64,000 nucleotides of DNA from an uncultured Clostridia bacterium (GCA_934162205.1 CAKPIA010000002.1:100494-164493), one strand, 5' to 3'. Counted from the stretch's first letter, positions 18,740 to 29,765 are shown. Numbers and translations are program-made. The notes: generated from the sequence alone by a model not told the origin.

Positions 18740-20479
18740 ATGTATAGAACACACAATTTAGGAGAGTTAAATATAACAAATGTTGGTGAAAAAGTTGAAC
18801 TTTCAGGATGGGTTCAAAAAATAAGAAATTTAGGTGGAATGGTTTTTATAGATTTAAGAGATGAATTTGGAATTACACAAATAGTTATTAATGATGAAAA
18901 ATTACAAGAAGAAGTAAAATCTATATATACAGAAAGTTGTATCCACATAGTTGGAAAAGTTGTGGAAAGAGCAAGCAAAAATTCTAAAATTAATACAGGA
19001 GAAATAGAAGTTGTTGCAGATAGTATAGAAGTTTTAGGAAAATGTAAAAATGTATTACCATTTGAAATTAATACTGATCAAGAAGTTAGGGAAGATTTAA
19101 GATTAGAATATAGATTTTTAGACTTAAGAAATCAAAAATTACACAATAATATTTTATTGCGTTCAAAAATTCTAAAAACATTAAGAGATAAAATGGATGA
19201 ATTAGATTTTACAGAAATTCAAACACCTATATTAGCTAATTCTTCTCCAGAGGGAGCACGTGACTTTTTAGTGCCAAGTAGATTACATCCAGGTGAATTT
19301 TATGCATTACCTCAAGCACCTCAACAATTTAAACAGTTATTGATGGTATCAGGATTTAATAAATATTATCAAATAGCACCATGTTTTAGAGATGAAGATC
19401 CAAGAGCAGATAGAGCACCAGGAGAATTTTATCAATTAGATTTTGAAATGTCTTTTGCTACACAAGAAGATGTATTTAAAGTTATTGAAGAAGTTGTTCC
19501 ATATACATTTAAAAAATTTACAAATTGGAAAGTTGATGAAGGACCATTTATAAGAATTCCTTATAAAGAATCTATGGAAAAATACGGAACAGATAAACCA
19601 GATTTAAGAAACCCATTAATAATTCAAGATGTAACAGAAGTATTTAAAAATTCCGACTTTAAAGCTTTTGAAAATAAAACAATAAAAGCTATTGTTGTTT
19701 CAAATGGAGCAGAACAAGGAAGAAAATTCTTTGATAAAATGACTGATTTTGCTGTTAATGAACTTGGGGCAAAAGGACTTGCTTGGACAAAATTTGAACA
19801 AGATGGAAGTGTTGCAGGTGGTATTGCTAAATTTATTACAGATGATATAAAAGAAAGCTTGATAAGTAATTATAATGTTAAATTAGGTGATAGCATTTTC
19901 TTTATTGCAGATGAATTTAGTACTGCTCAAAAAATTGCAGGAGATGTAAGAATAGAACTAGGTAATAGATTAGATTTATTAGAAAAAGATGTATATAGAT
20001 TTTGCTTTATTGTTGATTTCCCAATGTATGAATTATCTGATGAAGGAACAATAGATTTTAGTCATAATCCATTTTCTATGCCTCAAGGAGGTTTAGAAGT
20101 ATTAGAAAATAAAGATCCATTAGATATATTAGCGTATCAATATGATTTAGTTTGTAATGGATATGAAATGGCATCAGGAGCTGTAAGAAACCATAATCCA
20201 GAAATAATGGTAAAAGCTTTTGAAATAGCAGGATATAGTGAAGAAGATGTAAAAAATAGATTTGGAGCTTTATATAATGCATTCCAATATGGTACTCCTC
20301 CACATGCTGGAGCTGCACCTGGAGTTGATAGAATGGTAATGCTTATTGCTAACTCACAAAATATAAGAGAAATAATAGCTTTTCCAAAAAACAAAAAAGC
20401 AAGAGACTTACTTATGAGAGCACCTTCTGTTGTATCAGATCAACAATTAAAAGATGTTCATATAAAAGTAGAGGAATAA
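18740..20479 (+). CDS. aspS: Aspartyl-tRNA synthetase
   Basis: Class II aaRS motifs (FRDEDPRADRAPGEFYQLD, GGIAKF..., C-terminal GAAPGVDRMVM); 579 aa. Confidence 0.95.
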   Translation: MYRTHNLGELNITNVGEKVELSGWVQKIRNLGGMVFIDLRDEFGITQIVINDEKLQEEVKSIYTESCIHIVGKVVERASKNSKINTGEIEVVADSIEVLGKCKNVLPFEINTDQEVREDLRLEYRFLDLRNQKLHNNILLRSKILKTLRDKMDELDFTEIQTPILANSSPEGARDFLVPSRLHPGEFYALPQAPQQFKQLLMVSGFNKYYQIAPCFRDEDPRADRAPGEFYQLDFEMSFATQEDVFKVIEEVVPYTFKKFTNWKVDEGPFIRIPYKESMEKYGTDKPDLRNPLIIQDVTEVFKNSDFKAFENKTIKAIVVSNGAEQGRKFFDKMTDFAVNELGAKGLAWTKFEQDGSVAGGIAKFITDDIKESLISNYNVKLGDSIFFIADEFSTAQKIAGDVRIELGNRLDLLEKDVYRFCFIVDFPMYELSDEGTIDFSHNPFSMPQGGLEVLENKDPLDILAYQYDLVCNGYEMASGAVRNHNPEIMVKAFEIAGYSEEDVKNRFGALYNAFQYGTPPHAGAAPGVDRMVMLIANSQNIREIIAFPKNKKARDLLMRAPSVVSDQQLKDVHIKVEE

Positions 20480-20609
20480 TAATATATAATAAAAATGTTG
20501 ATACTAGTTATTAAATAGTAAAAAGTATAAATAAAAAGAATTTAAAAATAAAAAATTGAACAAAATATATAAAGAGAAAAACAAAGAAAAATACAAAGGA
20601 GGAAAAATT

Positions 20610-22085
20610 ATGAAAATAAAGCAAACTAAAGGTATTACACTAATAGCATTAATAATAACAATAATAGTATTGTTAATACTTGCAGGAGTAACAATAACAA
20701 TGTTAACAGGAGATAATGGAATATTAAAACAAGCAACAAATGCAAGAGAAACAAATAGTAAAGCAGAATTCGAGGAACAAGTAAAGTTAGCAGTAATAGC
20801 ATCAAGAGTAAATGATACAGCAAGTATAGATTTAAAAACATTAGATGAAGAAATAAATAAAATAAGTGGAACAACAATAACTAAATCAACAGATGATAAC
20901 TTACCATGGACAGTAAAAAAAGAAAGTTATGAAGTAACAATAACAGCAGATGGAATAATAACATCAAACACAACAGGAAAAGATGATGAAACAAAAATAG
21001 ATTATGGAACAAAAACACCAGCAGAAGATACAAGAACAGTAATAGAACAAGCAACAGCAGCAAAACCAACAGGTTCAACAATAAATCCAAATACAAATGA
21101 AACAACAGGAATAGTAATGATAGATAGTAACCAAAACGAATGGGTATGGATAGAAGTACCAAGTACAGTATTTACAAGTGCAACAAGTAGTACAGATTAT
21201 AATAATATAAAAGCAGATTTAATAGAATATGCAAAAGATTATAGAGAAGGGAAAAAAGGACAAGGATGTAATTGGACAGATGAGTGGTATGCAAAGGATG
21301 GTAGCACATTAGTAACAGCAAGTACAGAAGGATTAACAGATGCACAAAAAGCTTTAAATAATGGATGTGGTTTAACATATAATGAGTACAATACAAATTA
21401 TAATAAAATGTTAAGTAGTATATATACTAATAAAGGATTTTATATAGGAAGATATGAAACAGGAATAGCAGGCAGTGATACAAATACAAGTCTAGCGAGA
21501 TATAGTAGAACAGAAATAACAAGTAGTTCACCAAAAGCAGTAAGCAAAAAAGATATGGTACCATATAATAATTTATATTGTAGTGAAGCACAACAATTAG
21601 CAAATGGAATGAGTACAGGAAATAAAACAAGTAGTTTAATGTTTGGAATACAATGGGATTTAGTATGTAAGTTTTTAGAAGTAAAAGGTAATTGGGATAC
21701 AACTACAAATACAGCACAATATTATATAAAAGAAAATAGTACAAGTTGGGGAAATTATGGTAATAGTACATTTACAATAAATAGTACAAAAGCAAAAAAA
21801 TATAATAGTAGTAATAAATCATGTGATGATATAACAGGAGAAAAAACAAGCTCTATGTTATTAACAACAGGAGCTAGTGAGTATACAAATAAAATGAATA
21901 TATATGATTTTGCAGGAAATGAATATGAATGGACCTTAGAAAAAACGACTAACACTTTCTTTCCTTGTAGCACTAGGGGAGGCTCTTACTACGACGATGG
22001 CTCTAGCTATCCAGCTTCTCTCCGCGGTAGCAGCATTACGGCTGACAGCAACAACGACCTTGGTTTGCGTCCCTCACTTTATTAA
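20610..22085 (+). CDS. Type IV prepilin-like N-terminus, Thr-rich linker, then formylglycine-generating-enzyme (FGE/SUMF1) family domain
   Basis: RBS AGGAGG, then MKIKQTKG|ITLIALIITIIVLLILAGV (class III leader-like; position +5 is A, not E). C-terminal domain carries GNEYEWT and the terminal RGGSYYDDGSSYPASLRGSSITADSNNDLGLRP motifs of the FGE-sulfatase fold. Confidence 0.7.
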   Translation: MKIKQTKGITLIALIITIIVLLILAGVTITMLTGDNGILKQATNARETNSKAEFEEQVKLAVIASRVNDTASIDLKTLDEEINKISGTTITKSTDDNLPWTVKKESYEVTITADGIITSNTTGKDDETKIDYGTKTPAEDTRTVIEQATAAKPTGSTINPNTNETTGIVMIDSNQNEWVWIEVPSTVFTSATSSTDYNNIKADLIEYAKDYREGKKGQGCNWTDEWYAKDGSTLVTASTEGLTDAQKALNNGCGLTYNEYNTNYNKMLSSIYTNKGFYIGRYETGIAGSDTNTSLARYSRTEITSSSPKAVSKKDMVPYNNLYCSEAQQLANGMSTGNKTSSLMFGIQWDLVCKFLEVKGNWDTTTNTAQYYIKENSTSWGNYGNSTFTINSTKAKKYNSSNKSCDDITGEKTSSMLLTTGASEYTNKMNIYDFAGNEYEWTLEKTTNTFFPCSTRGGSYYDDGSSYPASLRGSSITADSNNDLGLRPSLY

Positions 22086-22539
22086 TGTAGGACTGTACTC
22101 TAAAGCCGTGATTAGAGTATAGAAAAAAAGTAGTTTTAAATAGAGTAATTTGAATAAAAGTTACTAACGGATTTATGTTTTAGTAGAAAAAAGAGATTGT
22201 ATTTTATAGTGTATACATTTGAAAAATATGTATGCACTATTTTTATATCAATGTTGTCAATGGGGACGTAGTTTTCGACAACTCGAAAATATAACAGAGA
22301 ATATAAGGATTTACAAATTATTAAAATAGAAAGAAAAAGGAATAGAAATAGGAAATTACATATCACAGATGTTTGCAAATATATATTTGAATGAAGTTGA
22401 TCAATATATAAAGCATAAATTATTTTTATAGGGTGATCATATCATAAGTTATTCATAAGATTACATAAAATATTGTTGCTATAATTACTAAAATGTTGTA
22501 TAATAATATTATGGTCAAAAATGGAAAGGGGGATATATA

Positions 22540-23480
22540 TGATAAAAATATATGATACAGATGTAGAAACAAATAAAACTATAGAAATAGACGAAATAAA
22601 AAAGGGTTGCTGGATTAATCTGGTTAGTCCTACAGATGCAGAAATAAAAAAAGTATGCAAAAGTGTAAAAATAGAAGAAGACTTCATTAGATATTCGCTA
22701 GACTATGAAGAAAAAGCCAGAATTGATATAGAAGATGAAGATAACACAATATTATTTATCATAGATGTTCCTATTTTAGATAAAGAAAATAATGAAACAA
22801 TACACACAACACTTCCACTTGGAATAATTGTTGTAAGAGATGATTATTTTATAACAGTTTCATTAAAACAAACAAGAGTCATTTCAGATTTAAAACAAGA
22901 TAGTATTGTTACATATAAGAAAAGTAGAAGTATATTACAAATATTTTATAAGAATTCTGAATTATTTTTAAGAGAATTAAAAAAGATAAATAAAGAAAAA
23001 GAAGTAGCAGAAAAAGAATTAAACACATCAATGAGAAATAAAGAATTATTAAAAATGCTAAATATTGAAAAGAGTTTGGTTTATTTTACAACTTCATTAA
23101 AATCTAATGAGCTAGTAATGGAGAAAACTATGAAAGGAAGAATAATCAAACTTTATGAAGAAGATGAAGATATACTAGAGGATGCTATTATTGAAAATAA
23201 ACAAGCTATAGAGATGGCTAAAACATATAGTGACATATTAAGTGGAACAATGGATACATATGCATCTATTATTTCTAATAACTTAAATATTGTTATGAAA
23301 TTTTTAACATTAGTAACAATTGTTTTAGCAATACCTACTTTGTTATTTAGTATGTGGGGAATGAATGTTGAGTTACCATTTCAACATAATCCATATGGAT
23401 TCTTATGGATTTTAGGAATAACAATAGTTATAACACTAATTGTTATTTGGTGGTTTAAAAAGAAAGATATGTTAGATTAA
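22540..23480 (+). CDS. corA: CorA-family magnesium/cobalt transporter
   Basis: RBS AAGGGGG, ATG at 22540. GMN motif in FSMWGMNVELPF followed by the second TM helix. Confidence 0.85.
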
Positions 23481-23588
23481 AAAGATAACCAAGAGTATAT
23501 GAAAGCTCTTGGTTATTTACAAATATATTGAATGAGTATATAATAAATTAGAATGTAAATAATTAATAAAAAGAAAGAAGGAAAAAAT

Positions 23589-23792
23589 ATGAAAGAAATT
23601 ATAATAAATGTTGAAGGTATGGTTTGTGGAGGATGTGAAAATAGAGTAATAAATGCTTTGAAATCTGTAGGTGGAGTTAGTCAAGTTATAGCAGATTACA
23701 AAACAGGAATAGTAAAAGTAAGTGCAAAAGATGATATAGAAGAAAATATATTAAAAGATAAAATTGAAGATATTGGTTTTAATGTAAAATAA
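23589..23792 (+). CDS. copZ: Copper chaperone (HMA domain)
   Basis: GMVCGGCENRV metal-binding motif; 67 aa. Confidence 0.85.
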   Translation: MKEIIINVEGMVCGGCENRVINALKSVGGVSQVIADYKTGIVKVSAKDDIEENILKDKIEDIGFNVK

Positions 23793-23825
23793 GATTTAAT
23801 TTATTATTAGGAGAATAATTATAAT

Positions 23826-26048
23826 ATGAAAAAAATTATATTGGCAATAGATGGCATGACTTGTAGTGCTTGTTCTAATGGACTTGAGAAATATTTAAAT
23901 AAGCAAAATGGAATTATAGAAGCTCAAGTTAATTTAGTAATGGCAAATGCAACTGTAAATTATGATGAAAACATATTAGACATAAATAAAATAGAAAAAT
24001 TTGTTAAAGAAGCGGGATTTAAAAGTTTAGGAGAATTTAAACAAATAAAAATAGAAACAAAAAATAAAAAGGAAAAAATTAAATTTATAGTATTTTCTTT
24101 TTTAGCAATTGTATTAATGTATATATCAATGGGGCATATGATAAATTTACCAATAATAGATATATTAAATCCACATTTTAATCCGATTGCCTATACAGTT
24201 GTTTTATTATGCTTAACAATAGCATTTTTAATATATGGATTTGATATTATAAAAAATGGGTATAAGAATTTAATTCATAAAACACCTAATATGGATACAT
24301 TAGTTTCATTAGGAGTGTTATGTAGTTTTGTATATAGTTTATATGCAACATATATGATATTTAATGGAAAACATGAATATATCATGAATTTATACTTTGA
24401 ATCAACAGCAATAATAATTTACTTTATAAAGTTGGGACGTTATATAGATGGAATTAGCAAAGATAAAACAAAAGAAGCAATTAAAAAATTAGTAGAGATA
24501 ACACCTAATAAGGCTGTAATAAAGGTAGATGGACAAGAAAAGGTAGTTACGTTAGATGAAATAAAAAAAGGTATGATAGTAATAGCAAAGCCGGGAGAAA
24601 AAATAGCAGTTGATGGTGAGATTATAAATGGAAAATCACATTTAGATGAATCATTTATAACAGGTGAAAGTAAGCCAGTAAAGAAACAAGAGGGAGAAAA
24701 AGTTATTGCAGGAAGCTTAAATTATGATGGATATTTAGAATATAAAGCAGAAAAAATAGGAAAAGAATCTACAATATCAGAAATAGTTAGATTAGTAATA
24801 GAAGCAAGTAATACTAAAGCTCCAATTGCAAAAATAGCAGATAAAGTTTCAGGATATTTTGTGCCTTTTGTTATAGCAATTGCAATAATTACTTTTTTTG
24901 TTTATTTATTTTTAGGATATGATTTTTCTGTAGCTTTAGGTACATTTATTACAGTGTTAGTTGTTGCATGTCCATGTAGTTTAGGTTTAGCTACACCACT
25001 TGCTATTGTAGTAAGTGAAGGAATATGTGCAAATAACGGAATATTAGTTAAGAAGAGTGAAATATTAGAAAATGCTCAAAAAGTAAATACAATTGTTTTG
25101 GATAAAACAGGAACATTAACATATGGTAAACTTAAAGTATCAAAAATTATTAACTTAAGTGGAATAGAAGAAAAAGAATTAATGCAATTAGTATGCAGTT
25201 TGGAAAGTAAATCAACACATCCAATAAGTAAAGCATTTTTGTCTTATATGAAGGATAATAAAATTGAAAAAGTAGATGTTGATGAATTCAATGAAATTAC
25301 AGGATATGGTATAATTGGCAAAATAGATAATAAAAAAATAATATTAGGCAATAAAAAAATATTAGATAAATATAATATTGAAAATAAATTTTTAAAAGAA
25401 GAAAATGAATTAGCAGAAGAAGGAAATAGTATAATATATGTTGTAATTGATAATGAAATAAAGTCAATAATTGGTACAAATGATATTGTAAGAGAAGGAA
25501 TAGAACAATCTATAAAAAGTTTAAATAGATATGGAATAGAAACAATAATGCTTACAGGGGATAATCAAATTACAGCACAGAAAATAGCAGAAAAAGTTGG
25601 AATTACAAAAGTAATATCAAATGTATTGCCAGCTGAAAAAGTAAATGTTATAAAGAACTTAAAAAAAGAAAATAAATATGTTATGATGTGCGGAGATGGA
25701 ATTAATGATAGTCCTGCCTTAGCTGTTGCAGATATTGGTGTAAGTGTAAAAAGTGGCACAGATATAGCAATGGACTCATCTGATGTAATACTAACTCAAA
25801 ATGATATTAGTTCTATTATAAAATTAATAAAAATAAGCAAAAAAACAATAAGAAATATTAAACAAAATTTGTTTTGGGCGTTTTTTTACAACTTATTAAT
25901 GATTCCTATTGCTATGGGAATATTTAGATTTATTGGTATTACAATTAATCCAATGATTGCAAGTGTAGCTATGGTACTTAGCAGTATTACTGTTATTTTA
26001 AATGCATTAAGATTAAAAAGAATAAAATTAAATAAAAACTCTATGTAA
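23826..26048 (+). CDS. copA: Copper-translocating P1B-type ATPase
   Basis: N-terminal HMA GMTCSACS, CPC motif (ACPCSLGLATP), DKTGTLT phosphorylation site, GDGINDSPAL hinge. Confidence 0.9.
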   Translation: MKKIILAIDGMTCSACSNGLEKYLNKQNGIIEAQVNLVMANATVNYDENILDINKIEKFVKEAGFKSLGEFKQIKIETKNKKEKIKFIVFSFLAIVLMYISMGHMINLPIIDILNPHFNPIAYTVVLLCLTIAFLIYGFDIIKNGYKNLIHKTPNMDTLVSLGVLCSFVYSLYATYMIFNGKHEYIMNLYFESTAIIIYFIKLGRYIDGISKDKTKEAIKKLVEITPNKAVIKVDGQEKVVTLDEIKKGMIVIAKPGEKIAVDGEIINGKSHLDESFITGESKPVKKQEGEKVIAGSLNYDGYLEYKAEKIGKESTISEIVRLVIEASNTKAPIAKIADKVSGYFVPFVIAIAIITFFVYLFLGYDFSVALGTFITVLVVACPCSLGLATPLAIVVSEGICANNGILVKKSEILENAQKVNTIVLDKTGTLTYGKLKVSKIINLSGIEEKELMQLVCSLESKSTHPISKAFLSYMKDNKIEKVDVDEFNEITGYGIIGKIDNKKIILGNKKILDKYNIENKFLKEENELAEEGNSIIYVVIDNEIKSIIGTNDIVREGIEQSIKSLNRYGIETIMLTGDNQITAQKIAEKVGITKVISNVLPAEKVNVIKNLKKENKYVMMCGDGINDSPALAVADIGVSVKSGTDIAMDSSDVILTQNDISSIIKLIKISKKTIRNIKQNLFWAFFYNLLMIPIAMGIFRFIGITINPMIASVAMVLSSITVILNALRLKRIKLNKNSM

Positions 26049-26066
26049 TTAAAACATAGAGTTTTT
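26037..26066 (+). terminator. Terminator hairpin overlapping the copA stop
   Basis: aactctatgt-aattaaa-acatagagttttt. Confidence 0.55.
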
Positions 26067-26082
26067 ATTGTAAGTGTAAATG

Positions 26083-27363
26083 TTATTTAATGGGTTCTCC
26101 CATAGTATTTTTTATTTTTGTTAATTCTGTTTGTAAAGTGTTATATGTTTTTTGTCCAATTGAAGTATCTTTTTCTGTATCATATTTAGAAATAGAGCTT
26201 TCTATATCCAAAATTTTATATGCTTTTGTTTTGGCTGTAGATTTATACATATATATAGGTGTATAGTTAACACTATCTATTGAAATTTTTCCATCTTGTG
26301 CTTTTTTAGTTATTTTTAAATCAAGGATTATAGAATTCTTAGTATTTTCTTTAACTTGTCCTGACATAAAATTTCCTAAAGAATATATAACAAATCCATC
26401 TTTTGTTGATCCATCTTCTAATGTAACTGTTCTTTTTTCCATTGGCTGTAGTACATGTGGATGACTTCCAAGAATTATATCAACACCATTTTCAAAAAGA
26501 AAATCTGCTAAAGCTTCTTGTTCTTTATTTTGTTTTGTTTGATATTCAATTCCCCAATGCATGCTTACACATATAATATCAGGATTTTCAGCTTTTGCTA
26601 ATTCTAATTGTTTTTTAATTAATTCTTTGTCTATCAAATTAATACAATAATCTTTTCCAGTAGGAACTTTAATTCCATTTGTTCCATATGTATAACTTAA
26701 AAATGCAATTTTTACATCTTTCACATTTTTTATTAATATTTTATTTTGGTCCTCTTCAGATTTAAAAGTACCTGTATGAGAAATATCTGCTTTATCTAAA
26801 TAGTCAATTGTACTTTCTATTCCTTTATAACCTTTATCTAAACTGTGATTATTTGCTGTTGTTAAAACATCTAATCCTAAATCTTTTAAATTATCTGCTA
26901 AAGATTCAGGAGTGTTAAATGTAGGATAACTACTATATCCAACTGATTTACCAGCAAAAGTTGTCTCCAAATTTCCTATAGCAATATCAGCAGTTTTAAT
27001 TTTTGTTTTAATATCTTTAAAAACATATGAAAAATCATAAGTACCTGTATTAGAATTATATGCATCTGTATATTGTGTATTATGACACATAATATCACCA
27101 ATTACACTCATATTAAAAGTAATATCGCTTTGCTCTTTTTTATTATTAATATTTTGGTTATCTAAAACTGTAGTACCTTCTTCGGAAACAGGAATACTTA
27201 CATTATTAGAATTGTTTTTTATTAAATTTATAATTGTTTTCGAATTATAAATTAAAATACATAAAATTATAATTAAAAGTAATATAAATACTGATTTTTT
27301 AAATTTTTCTGAATCTTTTATAACTATTCTCTTTTTACGAGTATTTCTTGCCAATAAAAACAT
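26083..27363 (-). CDS. CapA/PgsA-family metallophosphatase-like protein (poly-gamma-glutamate/capsule synthesis family), membrane anchored
   Basis: TTANNHSLDKGYKGIESTIDYLD and SMHWGIEYQ...ILGSHPHVLQP are typical of the CapA (PGA_cap) family. Confidence 0.7.
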   Translation of the reverse strand: MFLLARNTRKKRIVIKDSEKFKKSVFILLLIIILCILIYNSKTIINLIKNNSNNVSIPVSEEGTTVLDNQNINNKKEQSDITFNMSVIGDIMCHNTQYTDAYNSNTGTYDFSYVFKDIKTKIKTADIAIGNLETTFAGKSVGYSSYPTFNTPESLADNLKDLGLDVLTTANNHSLDKGYKGIESTIDYLDKADISHTGTFKSEEDQNKILIKNVKDVKIAFLSYTYGTNGIKVPTGKDYCINLIDKELIKKQLELAKAENPDIICVSMHWGIEYQTKQNKEQEALADFLFENGVDIILGSHPHVLQPMEKRTVTLEDGSTKDGFVIYSLGNFMSGQVKENTKNSIILDLKITKKAQDGKISIDSVNYTPIYMYKSTAKTKAYKILDIESSISKYDTEKDTSIGQKTYNTLQTELTKIKNTMGEPIK

Positions 27364-27512
27364 CTCCTTTTACTTTATAAATTAAAATTATCATAAAAAT
27401 AACTTTTTTTCAATATAATGTATAAATTTATTATAAAAAGAAAAAATAATAAATATAAATAAGTTTTTAAAATTAAATATAAATATAGAACTTAGTAATA
27501 TGGAGGTGAATA

Positions 27513-27703
27513 TGATGAAAGTTATTGATAAAATAGCATTAGTTTTAATCATAATAGGTGCAATAAACTGGGGACTTATAGGATTTTTTCAATTCAATCT
27601 AGTTGATACTATTTTTGGACAAATGAGTGTATTATCAAGAATTATATATGCTTTAGTAGGTATATCTGGATTATGGGGAATAAAATTACTTTTTGATGAT
27701 TAA
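27513..27703 (+). CDS. Small two-TM membrane protein (DUF378-like)
   Basis: RBS GGAGGTG. IGAINWGLIGFF motif. Confidence 0.55.
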
Positions 27704-27725
27704 TTGAAATATTTTATATAATATA

Positions 27726-27751
27726 AAAAAACGGGAATTATTCCCGTTTTT
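27726..27751 (+). terminator. Rho-independent terminator
   Basis: aaaaacgggaattattcccgtttttt. Confidence 0.75.
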
Positions 27752-28006
27752 TCGTTGTAGCTTCACTATTTGGAAGAACTCTTCAATTGGAGTTTTTTTC
27801 AATTGATTTAGAAGTTTTTTAGTATTTAATGATTTTCATCTTCCATGATGCTTTTTTTTATAATTTTTTCTAGGCATAGCTACTCCTTTCTGTAATGAAC
27901 AATAAAGTTATAAATATTATATCAAAATTATATAAATAAGGCAAACCACTTGAAAATAAAGCCAATATAATGTATAATTTACAAATGTAGTAAGGAGGAG
28001 AGAAAT

Positions 28007-29590
28007 ATGTTATCTGCAAATGGAGTAACAATTAGATTTGGAAAAAGAGTTTTATTTGAAGATGTAAATATAAAGTTTGGAAAAGGAAATTGTTATGGTA
28101 TTATTGGAGCAAATGGTGCTGGAAAAACAACTTTTTTAAAAGTTTTATCAGGAGAGATAGAACCAAACAAAGGTGATGTAACATTAGATAAAGGTGAGAG
28201 AATATCAGTCTTAAAACAAGACCACTTTGCATATGAGGATTATAGTGTTTTAGATACTGTAATGATGGGAAATAAAGAATTATATGACATTATGAAACAA
28301 AAAGATGCCATATATGCAAAACCAGATTTTTCAGAAGAAGATGGAATGATTGCAGCTAAATTAGAAGAAAGATTTGCAGAATTAGATGGTTGGAATGCAG
28401 AATCGGATGCAGCAATGCTTTTAAATGATTTAGGAATATCTCCAGAAAATCACTACAAAATGATGAAGGAAATAGAAGCTAGAGAAAAAGTTAAGGTTTT
28501 ATTAGCACAAAGTTTATTTGGAAATCCAGATGTATTATTATTAGATGAACCTACAAATGACTTGGACTTAAAGAGTATAAACTGGCTTCAAGAATTTTTA
28601 ATTAATTTTGAAAATACAGTAATTGTAATATCACATGATAGATATTTTTTAAATAAAGTTTGTACACATATTGCTGATGTTGATTTTGGGAAAATTAAAG
28701 TATATCCAGGAAATTATGATTTCTGGTATGAATCAAGTCAATTAGCTTTAAAACAAATGAAAGAACAAAATAAGAAAAAAGAAGAAAAAATAAAGGAATT
28801 ACAAGACTTTATTGCAAGATTTAGTGCAAATGCATCAAAGTCAAAACAAGCAACGTCAAGAAAGAAAACGTTAGAAAAAATTGAATTAGATGAGATTAAA
28901 CCATCAAACAGAAAATATCCATATGTAGATTTCAAACCAGATAGAGAGCCTGGAAAGGAAATCTTACAAGTTAAAAATATTTCAAAAACAATTGATGGAG
29001 AAAAGATTTTAGATAATATTAGTTTTACAGTTAAACAAGATGATAAAATAGCGTTTTTAGCAGATAATGAAAATGCTAAAACAATATTATTCCAAATTAT
29101 TGCTGGTGAATTAGAGCCTGATGAGGGAGAATTAGTTTGGGGAACAACAATAACAAGTAGTTATTTCCCAAAGGATAATAATTATTTATTTAATACAGAT
29201 GAAAATTTAACAGATTGGCTAAGAAAATATTCAAAAGATCCAGATGAAACTTATGTAAGAGGATTTTTGGGAAGAATGCTATTTTCTGGTGATGAAGCAT
29301 TAAAAAAAGTTAATGTTTTATCAGGAGGAGAAAAAGTAAGATGTGTTCTTTCTAAGATGATGTTATCTGGTGCGAATTTTTTAATTTTTGATGAACCTAC
29401 AAACCATTTGGATATGGAAAGTATAACATCTGTTAATGATGGTATGGCTAAATTTAAGGGAAATATTTTATTTACTTCACATGATCACCAATTAACACAA
29501 ACTGTAGCAAATAGAATAATTGATATAAAAGAAGATGGTAAAGTAATTGATAGAGAAATTAGTTATAATGAATATTTAGGAATTGAATAA
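28007..29590 (+). CDS. ABC-F family ATPase (two ABC domains, no TMD); EttA/YdiF-like translation factor type
   Basis: Walker A GANGAGKTT and second ABC signature LSGGEKVRC. About 80-aa inter-domain linker. Confidence 0.8.
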   Translation: MLSANGVTIRFGKRVLFEDVNIKFGKGNCYGIIGANGAGKTTFLKVLSGEIEPNKGDVTLDKGERISVLKQDHFAYEDYSVLDTVMMGNKELYDIMKQKDAIYAKPDFSEEDGMIAAKLEERFAELDGWNAESDAAMLLNDLGISPENHYKMMKEIEAREKVKVLLAQSLFGNPDVLLLDEPTNDLDLKSINWLQEFLINFENTVIVISHDRYFLNKVCTHIADVDFGKIKVYPGNYDFWYESSQLALKQMKEQNKKKEEKIKELQDFIARFSANASKSKQATSRKKTLEKIELDEIKPSNRKYPYVDFKPDREPGKEILQVKNISKTIDGEKILDNISFTVKQDDKIAFLADNENAKTILFQIIAGELEPDEGELVWGTTITSSYFPKDNNYLFNTDENLTDWLRKYSKDPDETYVRGFLGRMLFSGDEALKKVNVLSGGEKVRCVLSKMMLSGANFLIFDEPTNHLDMESITSVNDGMAKFKGNILFTSHDHQLTQTVANRIIDIKEDGKVIDREISYNEYLGIE

Positions 29591-29765
29591 AAAAGTATTG
29601 AAATATATAGAACGGTATGTTATTATATTAACACTATTTGTTCTATATATTTTTTTTAATGGAACAAATTAAATTATTTATTTCCTTTTTTTGATTCAAT
29701 TTATTTTTTTCTTGATTTGATTCAAAATTTTATCAAAGTATTTTTTAAAAAAGGAGGTGGTATGG

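Noticed and set aside
20635-21973. Series of minus-strand ORFs encoding Leu-rich peptides (20635-20877, 20881-21162, 21172-21396, 21427-21702, 21755-21973)
   Set aside because: They are antisense to the pilin-FGE gene, whose aca/ata/aaa-rich codons read as Leu-rich on the opposite strand. No RBS; low-complexity products.
22086-22539. M-box (Mg2+) riboswitch upstream of corA
   Set aside because: The 450-bp leader was inspected. It contains an inverted repeat gttgtcaatggggacgtagttttcgacaac, but none of the conserved M-box segments were recognised.
28007-29590. ABC-F protein as an antibiotic-resistance (Vga/Lsa/Msr-type) determinant
   Set aside because: The inter-domain linker is short (~80 aa) and the size (527 aa) fits housekeeping EttA/YdiF-like ABC-Fs. 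There is no resistance-gene context.
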